Shown here piece after piece: positions 48,970 to 60,144 of a DNA stretch of 64,000 nucleotides. The translations under genes were made by a program, and so were the position numbers. A model generated the notes under the pieces. It searched no databases and was not told where the DNA came from. It was given only the letters and a program-made list of their open reading frames with translations. Numbering within the stretch: position 1 is the stretch's first letter; each line of letters begins with the position of its first letter. The DNA comes from Bacteroidales bacterium (GTDB taxonomy: Bacteria > Bacteroidota > Bacteroidia > Bacteroidales > UBA1715). Where the stretch lies: assembly GCA_027858745.1 (NCBI GenBank), contig JAQICB010000077.1, forward strand, positions 6,224-70,223, written 5' to 3'.

Positions 48970-50391
48970 ATGGAATTACTTGTTGAATCTTTCGAAAATA
49001 AAGGAAAATATAGTTCGGTACTCTATCTTATTGGTAATTATTCGGATATTAATACCTTAGAATTACATGCTGCGACAAAAACACTTGCGAATAAGAAGCT
49101 TTCACGCTGCAAAGACGCTGATTTTATAAATATTGAAACCCAAGATGAAATAGTGTTTTTTGTGCCAACAGAAAAGATTCTTGACCATGAAACACGTGAG
49201 GATTTACGAAAAACCATGCATGCAGTTTACTCAGAATGTGTTCGTTCACAAATAGATACTTTGCTTTTTATTAACAATCAATCGAGCAGAGATAATGCAT
49301 ATGCTTCTATAGAAAGTTTTTATTTAAGTTCGTACCGTTTTGTAGAGTACAAAACACAGAAACAAGAACAATACCTTAGGCAACTTGCCTGTGTAAATAT
49401 CGAGCAAAAAGATGTTACCGAAATTCAAAAAGTCTGTGAAGGAAACTTCATAGCACGCAATTTTGTCAATGAACCGGTAATTACACTTTCGTCAACAGTT
49501 TTTGCCGATCGCATTACCTCAATTTTTTCTAAAACCACTGCACAAGTGCAGGTATATGACAAGGCATGGATTGAAGAACAAAAAATGGGAGGTTTATTGG
49601 CGGTTAACCGAGGAAGTATTGATGAACCTCGTTTTGTGCACATTACGTGGAATCCTCGTCGCTCAAGTGATAAACCTATAGTTTTGGTTGGGAAAGGAAT
49701 TGTGTTCGATACCGGTGGATTAAACCTCAAACCGGGGCAGTTTATGGAGCACATGAAAGCCGATATGGGTGGCGCGGCAACTGTTGTGGGGGTAATGAAG
49801 GCCATTGTTGACTTAAATATTCCGATTAACATTCAAGCCTTAATACCTATCACAGACAATCGTTTATCCGGTAATGCATATGCTCCCGGAGATGTTATTA
49901 CCATGCGAAACGGTACCACAGTAGAAGTTTTAAACACCGATGCAGAAGGTCGTATGATATTAGCAGATGCATTAGATTATGCAACAGAACTTAATCCGGA
50001 ACTTACTATAGACGTCGCAACCCTTACCGGTGCCGCAAATATGACGGTAGGTGAACATGCAGGTGTGTATATGGGTACAGCACACACGAAACATATGCAA
50101 AAAATGGAAAAAGCAAGTCTCTCGGTATGGGAGCCATTGGTGAAAATGCCTTTGTGGAATATGTATGACAAACAAATAGAATCGCATATTGCTGACATAA
50201 AAAATGTGGGCGGCCCACTTGCCGGAGCAATTACTGCAGGAAAGTTTTTGCAAAAATTTATTCAATACCCATGGATTCATCTCGATATTTCAGGTTCTGC
50301 ATTTTTTAAACAAGCTTATGCCTATAAAGGCAAGGGGGGTACCGGATTTGGCGTACGGTGCATATATCATTTCTTAAAACAACTCTCATAA
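48970..50391 (+). CDS. pepA: leucyl aminopeptidase (M17)
   Basis: Motifs VGKGIVFDTGG and NTDAEGRMILADAL. ATG at 48970 (MELLVESF...) is preferred over the TTG at 48934. Confidence 0.88.
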   Translation: MELLVESFENKGKYSSVLYLIGNYSDINTLELHAATKTLANKKLSRCKDADFINIETQDEIVFFVPTEKILDHETREDLRKTMHAVYSECVRSQIDTLLFINNQSSRDNAYASIESFYLSSYRFVEYKTQKQEQYLRQLACVNIEQKDVTEIQKVCEGNFIARNFVNEPVITLSSTVFADRITSIFSKTTAQVQVYDKAWIEEQKMGGLLAVNRGSIDEPRFVHITWNPRRSSDKPIVLVGKGIVFDTGGLNLKPGQFMEHMKADMGGAATVVGVMKAIVDLNIPINIQALIPITDNRLSGNAYAPGDVITMRNGTTVEVLNTDAEGRMILADALDYATELNPELTIDVATLTGAANMTVGEHAGVYMGTAHTKHMQKMEKASLSVWEPLVKMPLWNMYDKQIESHIADIKNVGGPLAGAITAGKFLQKFIQYPWIHLDISGSAFFKQAYAYKGKGGTGFGVRCIYHFLKQLS

Positions 50392-50750
50392 TGTCATTGA
50401 ATTTCAAGTATATACATACCGATTATTTAATTGAAATTTCGGAGCAAGATCCTGCATTTATTGACAATATTGTGTCTGTTTTTTTTAGGGAAACTCCTCT
50501 TTTATTCGATTCATTATTTGCTGCTGCACACAAAAAAAATTGTGAGGAAGTGAGAAAAATCCGTCATACATTACGTTCATCTTTTGCAATAATCGGTGTC
50601 GAAGATTTATGTGATGGGCTTTGCTTTATCGCCCTCGAATCAATAACTTCCGATACCTGTTCAAAAATTATTGATAATCGTGAAAAAATTAATACACAAT
50701 TTAATTGTATTTGCGATGAATTACGTACATTTACAAGTAATTTAAGGTAG
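50391..50750 (+). CDS. Hpt (histidine phosphotransfer) domain protein
   Basis: 119 aa from the ATG at 50391. EVRKIRHTLRSSFAIIGVEDLCDGLCFIALE fits the Hpt helix with a phospho-accepting His (HxLKxS pattern). Its start overlaps the pepA stop (TAATG). Confidence 0.6.
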   Translation: MSLNFKYIHTDYLIEISEQDPAFIDNIVSVFFRETPLLFDSLFAAAHKKNCEEVRKIRHTLRSSFAIIGVEDLCDGLCFIALESITSDTCSKIIDNREKINTQFNCICDELRTFTSNLR

Positions 50751-50763
50751 AAAAAGAGAATAT

Positions 50764-51096
50764 ATGATTCAGGTTACACAAGAAAATAACACGCCGATAG
50801 TGGCGTTTAATGGTGTTTTTAGGCTTAATTCACAGGTCTCATTATCTATAAAAGATAAATTGTTAGATTTATGTAAGCACAATTCAGTTGTCATTTTAGA
50901 TTTAACGGGAATTAAATTTATTGATAGTGCTGGATTTGGAATGCTTATTTCAATTTTGAAAAAAGCAAAAGAATATAAATCTCGACTGATTCTCTGTGAA
51001 ATTTCAGCTGAAGTTACTGATTTGATTGAAATAATGCAATTGCAAAATGCTTTTGAAATTATACCTACAGTAAAAGATGCACTAAAAAAACTTTAA
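50764..51096 (+). CDS. STAS-domain anti-sigma-factor antagonist (SpoIIAA/RsbV/HsbA-like)
   Basis: 110 aa. ILDLTGIKFIDSAGFGMLISILKKAK carries the conserved phosphorylatable Ser in a DSAG context. Confidence 0.8.
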   Translation: MIQVTQENNTPIVAFNGVFRLNSQVSLSIKDKLLDLCKHNSVVILDLTGIKFIDSAGFGMLISILKKAKEYKSRLILCEISAEVTDLIEIMQLQNAFEIIPTVKDALKKL

Positions 51097-51097
51097 T

Positions 51098-52669
51098 TTG
51101 GTTTCTCAACAATCAATTAGAATTTTAATTGTTGAAGACAATGTCTTTACAGCAAAGTTACTTACTATTCAATTATCGGAATACGGATATATCTCTCATA
51201 CAGCTTCCTCTGCTGAAACTGCCCTCGAATTATTAAAAAAAAATACGTATACGCTCATTCTTTGTGATTTATACTTACCCAAAATGAATGGGCTTTCGTT
51301 TCTCAATCTCATTCGTGAAGATATATTGTATGCTGATATACCTTTTTTAATTATGTCCTCTGATGATGAGGAAAATACAATTGTTCGTTTATTGCAAGCC
51401 GGAGCAGACGATTACATAACAAAACCAATTCAAACAAAAGTATTTGTTTCGAAAATTCAGAATTTACTTGCAAAACAAACAGCCAAAAAACGGAGTATTT
51501 CTCAGAAACTAGAACGCCAGTTAACTGAAAATGAAACTACGTTTCTTGTGTGTAGTGAGCACGATACTGATTTGTTTTTTACGAAATTAGCTCAAAATAC
51601 TTCGTATATATTTGAATATGTAAACACAGCTCACGATTTTTTGTATATTCTCGAAACAAAAAATGCCGTCTGTGTTTGTGTTACCGAAGACGTGTCGTGG
51701 TTGATTAAAGAGTTGGAGAAAAGCAATGAAATAACAATCGGCAAATTTCTACTAATATATATTACACCGTACGAGTCTCTAACAAATTCTGTATATGATT
51801 CTTATTGTAATGTTTTGTACCTCAATCGGAATGCCTCTCGTGAGGAAATAATGCGAAACATGACATTTGTAAGTACTATTATTGAATCGGAGAAAGCAAA
51901 ATCAATGGTGTTTATTAAAGAATCTATTCAGCAATCCGGTTTTTTGTTTGATTCTGAATTCGAATATTCTACCGGACAATTTTCAATTTCCCTCTTTCAT
52001 AAAAATTACAATGATATGCCCGGTGGTGACTTTTATGAAGTAGTCGATTTTAATGAACGATACACGTTCGTGTTTGTTGGCGACATTATGGGGAAATCAT
52101 GGAGTGCATGGTTCTATTTGCCGGTATATTTAGCATATATTCGAAGTACCATTAAATTCTTATCTGCTCGAAATATTACTGAGTTAGCTGCTGCTCCTCA
52201 TAAAATTTTGAATATGCTTAATAGTTATTTTGCGAAAGACTTGCAGTTGTCCGATGTTTTTACCACTCTCACTTTAGCAGTAATTGACAATCAAGATAAT
52301 AAAATTATTCTTTCGAATGCCGGTGGTATTCACCCGCTTTTGTATTCAAAGAAAAAGAATAGTATTCAAAACATCCGTGTTTCGGGGATGCTTATGGGAA
52401 TTGATAGTTCAACAAGCTATTCGAAAATTGAAATAGAATGTGTTCCGGGTGATGTTCTTTGCCTGTATACAGATGGATATATTGAAGTTACACAGCAAGC
52501 GAGCTCAAAAATGATAGGGAATGAGGGGATGCAAAATATTCTTGACGTATTTGTAAGACAGAGCAAACAAACTGCTCATGAATTTGATTCCTTATTTCAC
52601 CACTATTTTGAAATACAAAGTGTCGACGATGACAGAACCTGTGCTATTATTTTGTGTAACAAAACATAG
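51098..52669 (+). CDS. response regulator with PP2C/SpoIIE-type phosphatase output (RsbU/HsbR-like)
   Basis: The N-terminal receiver has IRILIVEDN, LILCDLYLPKMNG and DDYITKP. The C-terminal SpoIIE-like domain has MPGGDFYEV, FVFVGDIMGKSWSAWFY, LCLYTDGYIEV and DDDRTCAIIL. It has a TTG start 2 nt after the STAS stop. No kinase domain is present. Confidence 0.8.
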   Translation: MVSQQSIRILIVEDNVFTAKLLTIQLSEYGYISHTASSAETALELLKKNTYTLILCDLYLPKMNGLSFLNLIREDILYADIPFLIMSSDDEENTIVRLLQAGADDYITKPIQTKVFVSKIQNLLAKQTAKKRSISQKLERQLTENETTFLVCSEHDTDLFFTKLAQNTSYIFEYVNTAHDFLYILETKNAVCVCVTEDVSWLIKELEKSNEITIGKFLLIYITPYESLTNSVYDSYCNVLYLNRNASREEIMRNMTFVSTIIESEKAKSMVFIKESIQQSGFLFDSEFEYSTGQFSISLFHKNYNDMPGGDFYEVVDFNERYTFVFVGDIMGKSWSAWFYLPVYLAYIRSTIKFLSARNITELAAAPHKILNMLNSYFAKDLQLSDVFTTLTLAVIDNQDNKIILSNAGGIHPLLYSKKKNSIQNIRVSGMLMGIDSSTSYSKIEIECVPGDVLCLYTDGYIEVTQQASSKMIGNEGMQNILDVFVRQSKQTAHEFDSLFHHYFEIQSVDDDRTCAIILCNKT

Positions 52670-52749
52670 TATTTATGATAAATAGTTACTCGAAAACTAT
52701 TCATTTATTAATAGCTTTTTATATCTTTGAATAATATTAACCTAATATA

Positions 52750-53364
52750 ATGGAGATGAGAAAGTTTTTTGTACTATTATCTGTATGTCTGATTTCAAAT
52801 TTGTTTGTGTTTGCTCAAGAACCCGATACTCAAACACAAGAATATGATGATGCAGCTGATTCAATATACTTAAAATGTTTGTATAAACATCGTCATTTAA
52901 TTTCTACAAATACACTGCAATTTGTTGTTGGCACCATGAATCTTAATTATGAATTTCGATTTGCGAACCAATATTCGTTGAAAATTGGTGCAGGCTCTAT
53001 TTTAGGGTACCGAATCTTAGTAGATGAACACGTTATTGTTGCTCCCGGATCTCGTTATTTTTTAGTTGAACCACGATTTTATACCTTTTCATCAACCAAA
53101 AACTGTTGGATGCAAGTAGGGGTTGGTTTATCATATAAAAATTGGGATTATAATCAGAAAATTGCGGATGAATCAACAGAAGTTGAAGACGACTATTTTG
53201 AGAAGCATATACAACAACATATGCTTGGTGCTTCAATTATTGGCAAACACCCTGTTTCCGGTGGTTTCACCTTTGAATATCAGCTGGGTATAGATGTCGG
53301 CACTCTTGATGAAGACAGCTATGTTTCGCCAAATTTTGGTTTTTCAATGGGCTGGACATTATAA
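52750..53364 (+). CDS. hypothetical secreted protein, small OM beta-barrel-like
   Basis: 204 aa with signal peptide (...LISNLFVFAQ), alternating strands, and C-terminal FGFSMGWTL. Confidence 0.5.
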   Translation: MEMRKFFVLLSVCLISNLFVFAQEPDTQTQEYDDAADSIYLKCLYKHRHLISTNTLQFVVGTMNLNYEFRFANQYSLKIGAGSILGYRILVDEHVIVAPGSRYFLVEPRFYTFSSTKNCWMQVGVGLSYKNWDYNQKIADESTEVEDDYFEKHIQQHMLGASIIGKHPVSGGFTFEYQLGIDVGTLDEDSYVSPNFGFSMGWTL

Positions 53365-53423
53365 ACCTGAGTTATAAGCACAACTTTTTCAGATGAATTC
53401 GTATCCGTCTCTAAAAAAAATGC

Positions 53424-55418
53424 TTACTTCTTTTTCAACACGATAGCCGTTTGAGTCGGAATATATAACTTTATATGATGTTCGCTTAATTCATTATCAG
53501 GATACAATGGATATGTTTCGTGCTTCATTTTTTCATCAATTCTTTGCAATCCTCCATATTTAGCAGAATCAATGGTTAAAGCTGTTGAATATGTGCCGGG
53601 AGATACCGGAAAACTATAATCGGGGAAGGATTGCGTTGGGTTAAACGAAAATATAAATAAAAATTCACCTCGTTGAAAAATAAGAATTTGATCTTGCACA
53701 TTTTCAAATACAAATTCAGCTTTGTTATCGAAAAAATGGGAGTCTTTATTTACTAATGCAATCATGTCCTTATCGAAATCTGACAAAAATTTGTATCGAA
53801 GATTTTCATCATTTTGCAAACTCCATTGTCGGCGAGCATAATGGTATGACCAGTTATTGCCCGAACGAGGGAAGTCAATCCACTCAGGGTGACCAAATTC
53901 GTTACCCATAAAATTGAGATAACCGTTTTGAGCAGTTGTGAGAGTTATAAGTCGAATAGCTTTATGCAAAGCCATACCTCTATCAATTACCAGACTTGGA
54001 TATGCAACATGCATGCTAAAATACATTTCTTTATCCATCAATCGAAACGCAATTGTTTTGTCTCCAACCAATGCTTGGTCATGCGATTCTGCATATGAAA
54101 TTACTTTTTCGTCAAAACGAGCTTGGGTCAGTTCATGAAAAATAGCCCCAACATGCCAATCTTCATCACGTTTTTCTTTGAGCAGTTTTATCCAAAAATC
54201 GGGAACACCCATAGACAGACGATAATTAAAATCATACCCGCCATAAGAGAGTGGGGCAGCAAGACCGGGCATACCACTTACATCTTCGGCAATTGTTATT
54301 GCATATTCATTACATTCATGTATTAATTTATTTGCAAGAATTAAATAGGTAATAGCATCACCATCTTGTCCGCCATCATAATACCGTTCGTATGTATCAA
54401 AAGACCGTCCCAAACCATGATCCCAGAATAACATACTGGTAACACCGTCAAAACGGTATCCGTCAAACTTAAATTCAGTTATCCAATATTTGCAATTCGA
54501 TAAAAGAAAATGCACAACATTATTTTTTCCGTAATCAAAACATTTAGAGTCCCATGCATCATGATTTCCTTTAGAGCCTTTGTGAAAAAATTGATAATCA
54601 GTTCCGTCGTATTTACTCAGACCTTCTATTTCATTTTTAACGGCATGAGAATGCACAATATCCATAATGACACGTATGCCCATTCCATGAGCTGTATCAA
54701 TCAACTCTTTCAACTCTTCCGGAGTTCCAAAACGAGACGAGGGAGCAAATAAACTAGATACATGATATCCAAAAGAACCATAATACGGATGTTCTTGAAT
54801 AGCCATTAGTTGAATGGTATTGTACCCGTCTTTTTTAATTTTTGGTAATATTTTTTTTGTAAAATCTTTGTACGATCCCACATTATACTCTTCGGTAGCC
54901 ATACCAACATGAGCTTCATAAATTAAAGGAGCATCATGAGTTTGAGGAATAGGATGTTTCCATTTATATGGTTTGGTATCCCATATTTGAGCATTAAAAT
55001 TTTTTGTTTCTTCGTCTTGAGTAACACGGTTTGTCCACGCCGGAATACGGTCGCCGTGTCCGCCTTTCCAATATATCGATAATTTGTATAAATCTTCGTG
55101 TTTTATTTTTTCGAGAGGAACCAATAATTCCCAATACGTTTCCTTATTGTCAAACATAAAATCTACCCGTTCTTTCCAATCGGAAAAATCGCCAATAAGA
55201 CAAATATTTGTTGCATTAGGTGCCCATTCACGAAAGACCCAATGCGTTTCTGTTTTATGATATCCGAAAAATAAATGACCATTTGCAAAGTCTGATAATG
55301 AACCTGCTTCAGCGGTTAACTCACTTTCACGCTTTTTCGTGTAATCTAATCTACCGATTATTGCATCTTTGTAGGGTTGAAGCCACGGGTCGTTATTTAT
55401 AATTTCGGGAATATTCAT
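53424..55418 (-). CDS. glgB: 1,4-alpha-glucan branching enzyme (GH13)
   Basis: 664 aa. GH13 conserved regions IMDIVHSHA, FKFDGYRFDGVTSML, IAEDVSG and YAESHDQ. Confidence 0.9.
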   Translation of the reverse strand: MNIPEIINNDPWLQPYKDAIIGRLDYTKKRESELTAEAGSLSDFANGHLFFGYHKTETHWVFREWAPNATNICLIGDFSDWKERVDFMFDNKETYWELLVPLEKIKHEDLYKLSIYWKGGHGDRIPAWTNRVTQDEETKNFNAQIWDTKPYKWKHPIPQTHDAPLIYEAHVGMATEEYNVGSYKDFTKKILPKIKKDGYNTIQLMAIQEHPYYGSFGYHVSSLFAPSSRFGTPEELKELIDTAHGMGIRVIMDIVHSHAVKNEIEGLSKYDGTDYQFFHKGSKGNHDAWDSKCFDYGKNNVVHFLLSNCKYWITEFKFDGYRFDGVTSMLFWDHGLGRSFDTYERYYDGGQDGDAITYLILANKLIHECNEYAITIAEDVSGMPGLAAPLSYGGYDFNYRLSMGVPDFWIKLLKEKRDEDWHVGAIFHELTQARFDEKVISYAESHDQALVGDKTIAFRLMDKEMYFSMHVAYPSLVIDRGMALHKAIRLITLTTAQNGYLNFMGNEFGHPEWIDFPRSGNNWSYHYARRQWSLQNDENLRYKFLSDFDKDMIALVNKDSHFFDNKAEFVFENVQDQILIFQRGEFLFIFSFNPTQSFPDYSFPVSPGTYSTALTIDSAKYGGLQRIDEKMKHETYPLYPDNELSEHHIKLYIPTQTAIVLKKK

Positions 55419-55443
55419 AATAGTTTTTATTCTTATAATTTCT

Positions 55444-55451
55444 CAAATATA
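55444..55451 (-). promoter_or_regulatory. candidate -7 box (TATATTTG on minus strand) for glgB
   Basis: CAAATATA on the plus strand, 25 nt upstream of the ATG at 55418. Confidence 0.4.
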
Positions 55452-55504
55452 AACATAATCTAACACAATCCAATTATCAGATGGAAGAACCGAAATATAT
55501 CATA

Positions 55505-57130
<1,626 letters not shown>

Positions 57131-57157
57131 TTAAAATGAGTACTTCTTAAATTTGAT

Positions 57158-58030
57158 TTATTTTGCTTCTATTAATCGTGTACGTAAATTACTTATTTCT
57201 TCCCCTAAACTTTTTATATCATCTTCGGTGAGTAATTTATTATCAAAGGTTTTATACACTGAATCGATTTTTGAGAGGTCTTTCATTAAATTATTAATAT
57301 AAATATTATCACCTTCTTGTAATTCAGACACAAGATCAGTCATATTATCTAAATATTCATTTTGTTGAATTATTTTTTGAACTAATTCTGTTTTTATTTC
57401 AGTTGAATCAAAATAGGGGAGTAATTGAGTTGCTAAATACATATTTTCTATCCAGCTACCGGTAATAACAAGTGTTGAAAGAAGAAATTGATCTTCTGAT
57501 TTAAGCATTTTTTTAACATTGTCGTATGCCAAAAATATAATCGTTATCAAGGCATCTTTATTCTCCATGTTTGATTCATACTTGTTGATAGTTTCCTGAT
57601 CAAATGCCATGGCAACACCAATTTGAGCAGCCAACTGACGAGACGTAATTAAATATTTTATAGAATTCTCTGATTGTGCAAAATGAATAAGATAATTTAA
57701 ATCGGCACCATAAATACCTAGATTTAAAGCTTTGGAGCGACTTGTTGTGTAATTTTGTGCGTTTGTATATGGATTCAATAAATCGTAATTAAAAATATTT
57801 GGATTTGACGATAAGGTTTTTATCATATTGTCCGAAATAACCATATTTTTAATAAGGTAGTCTAATTTTTGTGGCAAACCTATTTTTTCAAGCGTTTCAG
57901 GCAATTTATTTTCCGAATTTAATTCAACATTTTCATTAAAATCAGTATCATTTGATTTTTTATTATCAACACATGAGCTAAGAAAAAAACATGTGCTACA
58001 TAATAATATAAAGAGATGTGTTTTATGCAT
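57158..58030 (-). CDS. hypothetical lipoprotein
   Basis: 290 aa. Lipobox FFLSSC. Helical and low in conservation cues. Lies 4 nt downstream of the DUF349 gene. Confidence 0.5.
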   Translation of the reverse strand: MHKTHLFILLCSTCFFLSSCVDNKKSNDTDFNENVELNSENKLPETLEKIGLPQKLDYLIKNMVISDNMIKTLSSNPNIFNYDLLNPYTNAQNYTTSRSKALNLGIYGADLNYLIHFAQSENSIKYLITSRQLAAQIGVAMAFDQETINKYESNMENKDALITIIFLAYDNVKKMLKSEDQFLLSTLVITGSWIENMYLATQLLPYFDSTEIKTELVQKIIQQNEYLDNMTDLVSELQEGDNIYINNLMKDLSKIDSVYKTFDNKLLTEDDIKSLGEEISNLRTRLIEAK

Positions 58031-58034
58031 AATA

Positions 58035-59843
58035 TTATTGTTTTTGTTTCACACTTCGTATAAGACGAAGTTGTTCATTAATTTTTTCGATATCTTGTTT
58101 GCATTTTTCAATCTTAGCATCCATTGTTGTCATTATATCTGAAGATTTATCAGTCACGGTAAAAAAACCTTTATTGTTTTCCAATAATAACAATTCGTCT
58201 TCAATATGCTTTCTTTTGTTCTTCAACTTATATTGTTCCGATTCAATTTTTGCAGAATCTTTTTGTTGAAGTGTTTCAATTTTTATTTTGTATAAATCTG
58301 CCTGTTTATCTTCTTCAGAAATATGTAGTTCTTTATATTTCTCATGAATAACCGTATTGTATTCGATATATAAAGCATCTTTGTGTTCATCGGGCACATT
58401 TCCTATAGCATTCCATTCACGCTGTAGTTTCTGAAGCTTTTGTAAATCGTCTTCATTTTTTTCTGACACAGCAAGAGATTTTATAGTGGCAAGAACCTTT
58501 TTCTTTTCATCTACGTTTTCTTGTGTTTTGTTGTATTTTTGTGCAAAATGCTCATTCTTTTGCTTAAAAAACCTATCGCAGGCTTTACTAAAGCGCCTCC
58601 ATATACTATTTGAGTTACGCAAGGGTACAGGTCCAATTTCTTTCCACTGTTTTTGTAGTTGAATGTAATCTCTGCTTGCGTCTTTCCAATCTGTTCGTTC
58701 AAGCATAGATTCAGCCTTTTCGCATAAAGCTATTTTTTTATCTTTGTTTGCAAGTTCTTGTTCGTGAATTGTTTTAAAAAAATCTCTCTTTTTCGTGAAA
58801 AAATCATCACATGCTTGTGAAAAACGATTGTATATTTCTGCATTATGTTTTTGAGGAGCAAAGCCAATTGTTTTCCATTTCTTTTGTAAAGCAATAACCT
58901 CTTCGCTTGTTTTTTTCCAGGTTTTTATGTTTTTGATTGATCGCGAATTAATATCTTCAACCTTTTCGCATAACTCTATTTTTGCTTCTAAATTATCTTT
59001 TTCTTTATCTTTCAATGATTTAAAATAATCCTGATGAGCTTTATTAATGACCGTTGTTGCAGATTTAAAGCGTTGCCACAAATCTTCTTTTACATCATTT
59101 TGAACCGGACCTATTTCTCGCCACAACTCGTGTAATTCTTGAAGTTTTGCAAATGCTTTCACAATCTTTTTTTCCTGGCTTAAAGCTTCTGCTTTTTCAC
59201 ACAACAACGTTTTTGCTTCGAGGTTTTTTCGTAAATCTAAATCGCGAAGTTCTTTGTTAATATTAATATAATCGTAAAACCGCGCTAATTGAATATGATA
59301 TGATTCCCATATTTTTTTTCGTTCCGAAGAAGGTACCTGACCGGCGGTTTTCCAGCGTTCCTGAATGGTTCGAAACACATCAAATGTGTGCTGTAAAGTT
59401 TCTTTTGTATTTATCAACTTTTCAAGCTCTTGAATAAGATCTTGACGTAATGTGAGATTGTCCTGTTTCTGTTTTCCTATTCGCTGATAAAAAGTATCGC
59501 GTTTTGATTTGTATTTTGAATATAAATCTTTAAATGTATTTTCATCAGAATTTGTAAAAACAAAATCCTCTGCTTTTCCACCTTCTTCAATAAATGCTTG
59601 TTTAAGCTGATTGTATTCTTGCTTATTTTGCTTATAAAATTCTGTTTTAATGTCTTCAACTTTGGGGCGAATTTCTTCAATATTGTCTTGGTCAATTAAG
59701 AAAGCTAAAGTTTTGAAAAGCTCAGGTACCGTCATGTCTTGAAAAGAATCGAGTGTGTCGGTCTCTTTCGTTTTATTCGTTTCGGAATTCTGATTTTCTT
59801 TACTATCAACTTGTTCCTCAATATGTTTTTCTATTTCTGTCAT
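58035..59843 (-). CDS. DUF349 repeat protein
   Basis: 602 aa. At least five repeats of the pattern W(K/R)xIG(P/F)xP...(L/I)W(x)RF..A.D.FF, which is characteristic of DUF349. Highly charged and helical. Confidence 0.7.
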   Translation of the reverse strand: MTEIEKHIEEQVDSKENQNSETNKTKETDTLDSFQDMTVPELFKTLAFLIDQDNIEEIRPKVEDIKTEFYKQNKQEYNQLKQAFIEEGGKAEDFVFTNSDENTFKDLYSKYKSKRDTFYQRIGKQKQDNLTLRQDLIQELEKLINTKETLQHTFDVFRTIQERWKTAGQVPSSERKKIWESYHIQLARFYDYININKELRDLDLRKNLEAKTLLCEKAEALSQEKKIVKAFAKLQELHELWREIGPVQNDVKEDLWQRFKSATTVINKAHQDYFKSLKDKEKDNLEAKIELCEKVEDINSRSIKNIKTWKKTSEEVIALQKKWKTIGFAPQKHNAEIYNRFSQACDDFFTKKRDFFKTIHEQELANKDKKIALCEKAESMLERTDWKDASRDYIQLQKQWKEIGPVPLRNSNSIWRRFSKACDRFFKQKNEHFAQKYNKTQENVDEKKKVLATIKSLAVSEKNEDDLQKLQKLQREWNAIGNVPDEHKDALYIEYNTVIHEKYKELHISEEDKQADLYKIKIETLQQKDSAKIESEQYKLKNKRKHIEDELLLLENNKGFFTVTDKSSDIMTTMDAKIEKCKQDIEKINEQLRLIRSVKQKQ

Positions 59844-59881
59844 ACACCATTAAACTTTAGACTTCATTAATCGATTACATA

Positions 59882-59889
59882 CAAATATA
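59882..59889 (-). promoter_or_regulatory. candidate -7 box (TATATTTG on minus strand) for the DUF349 operon
   Basis: CAAATATA on the plus strand, 38 nt upstream of the ATG at 59843. Confidence 0.4.
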
Positions 59890-60144
59890 TGAAAAAATCT
59901 TCTTAAATTACTAATCGAAACAAGCAACACCACAAAAATACATAAATTACTGCGTAAAACGTATTGTTTTTTATCCTTTTTTTGATGAAACTGCGTTCAA
60001 TGTGTTTTTTTCTAAAACTCAATGAGAATATCGGTGTAATATACCCAAACATGTGACGTGATTTTTATTCAACAAACACTCACATTATATAGAGTCTGTC
60101 TATAAATTATGAGTATTTATGAAGGACGAATACTAGTTATATGT

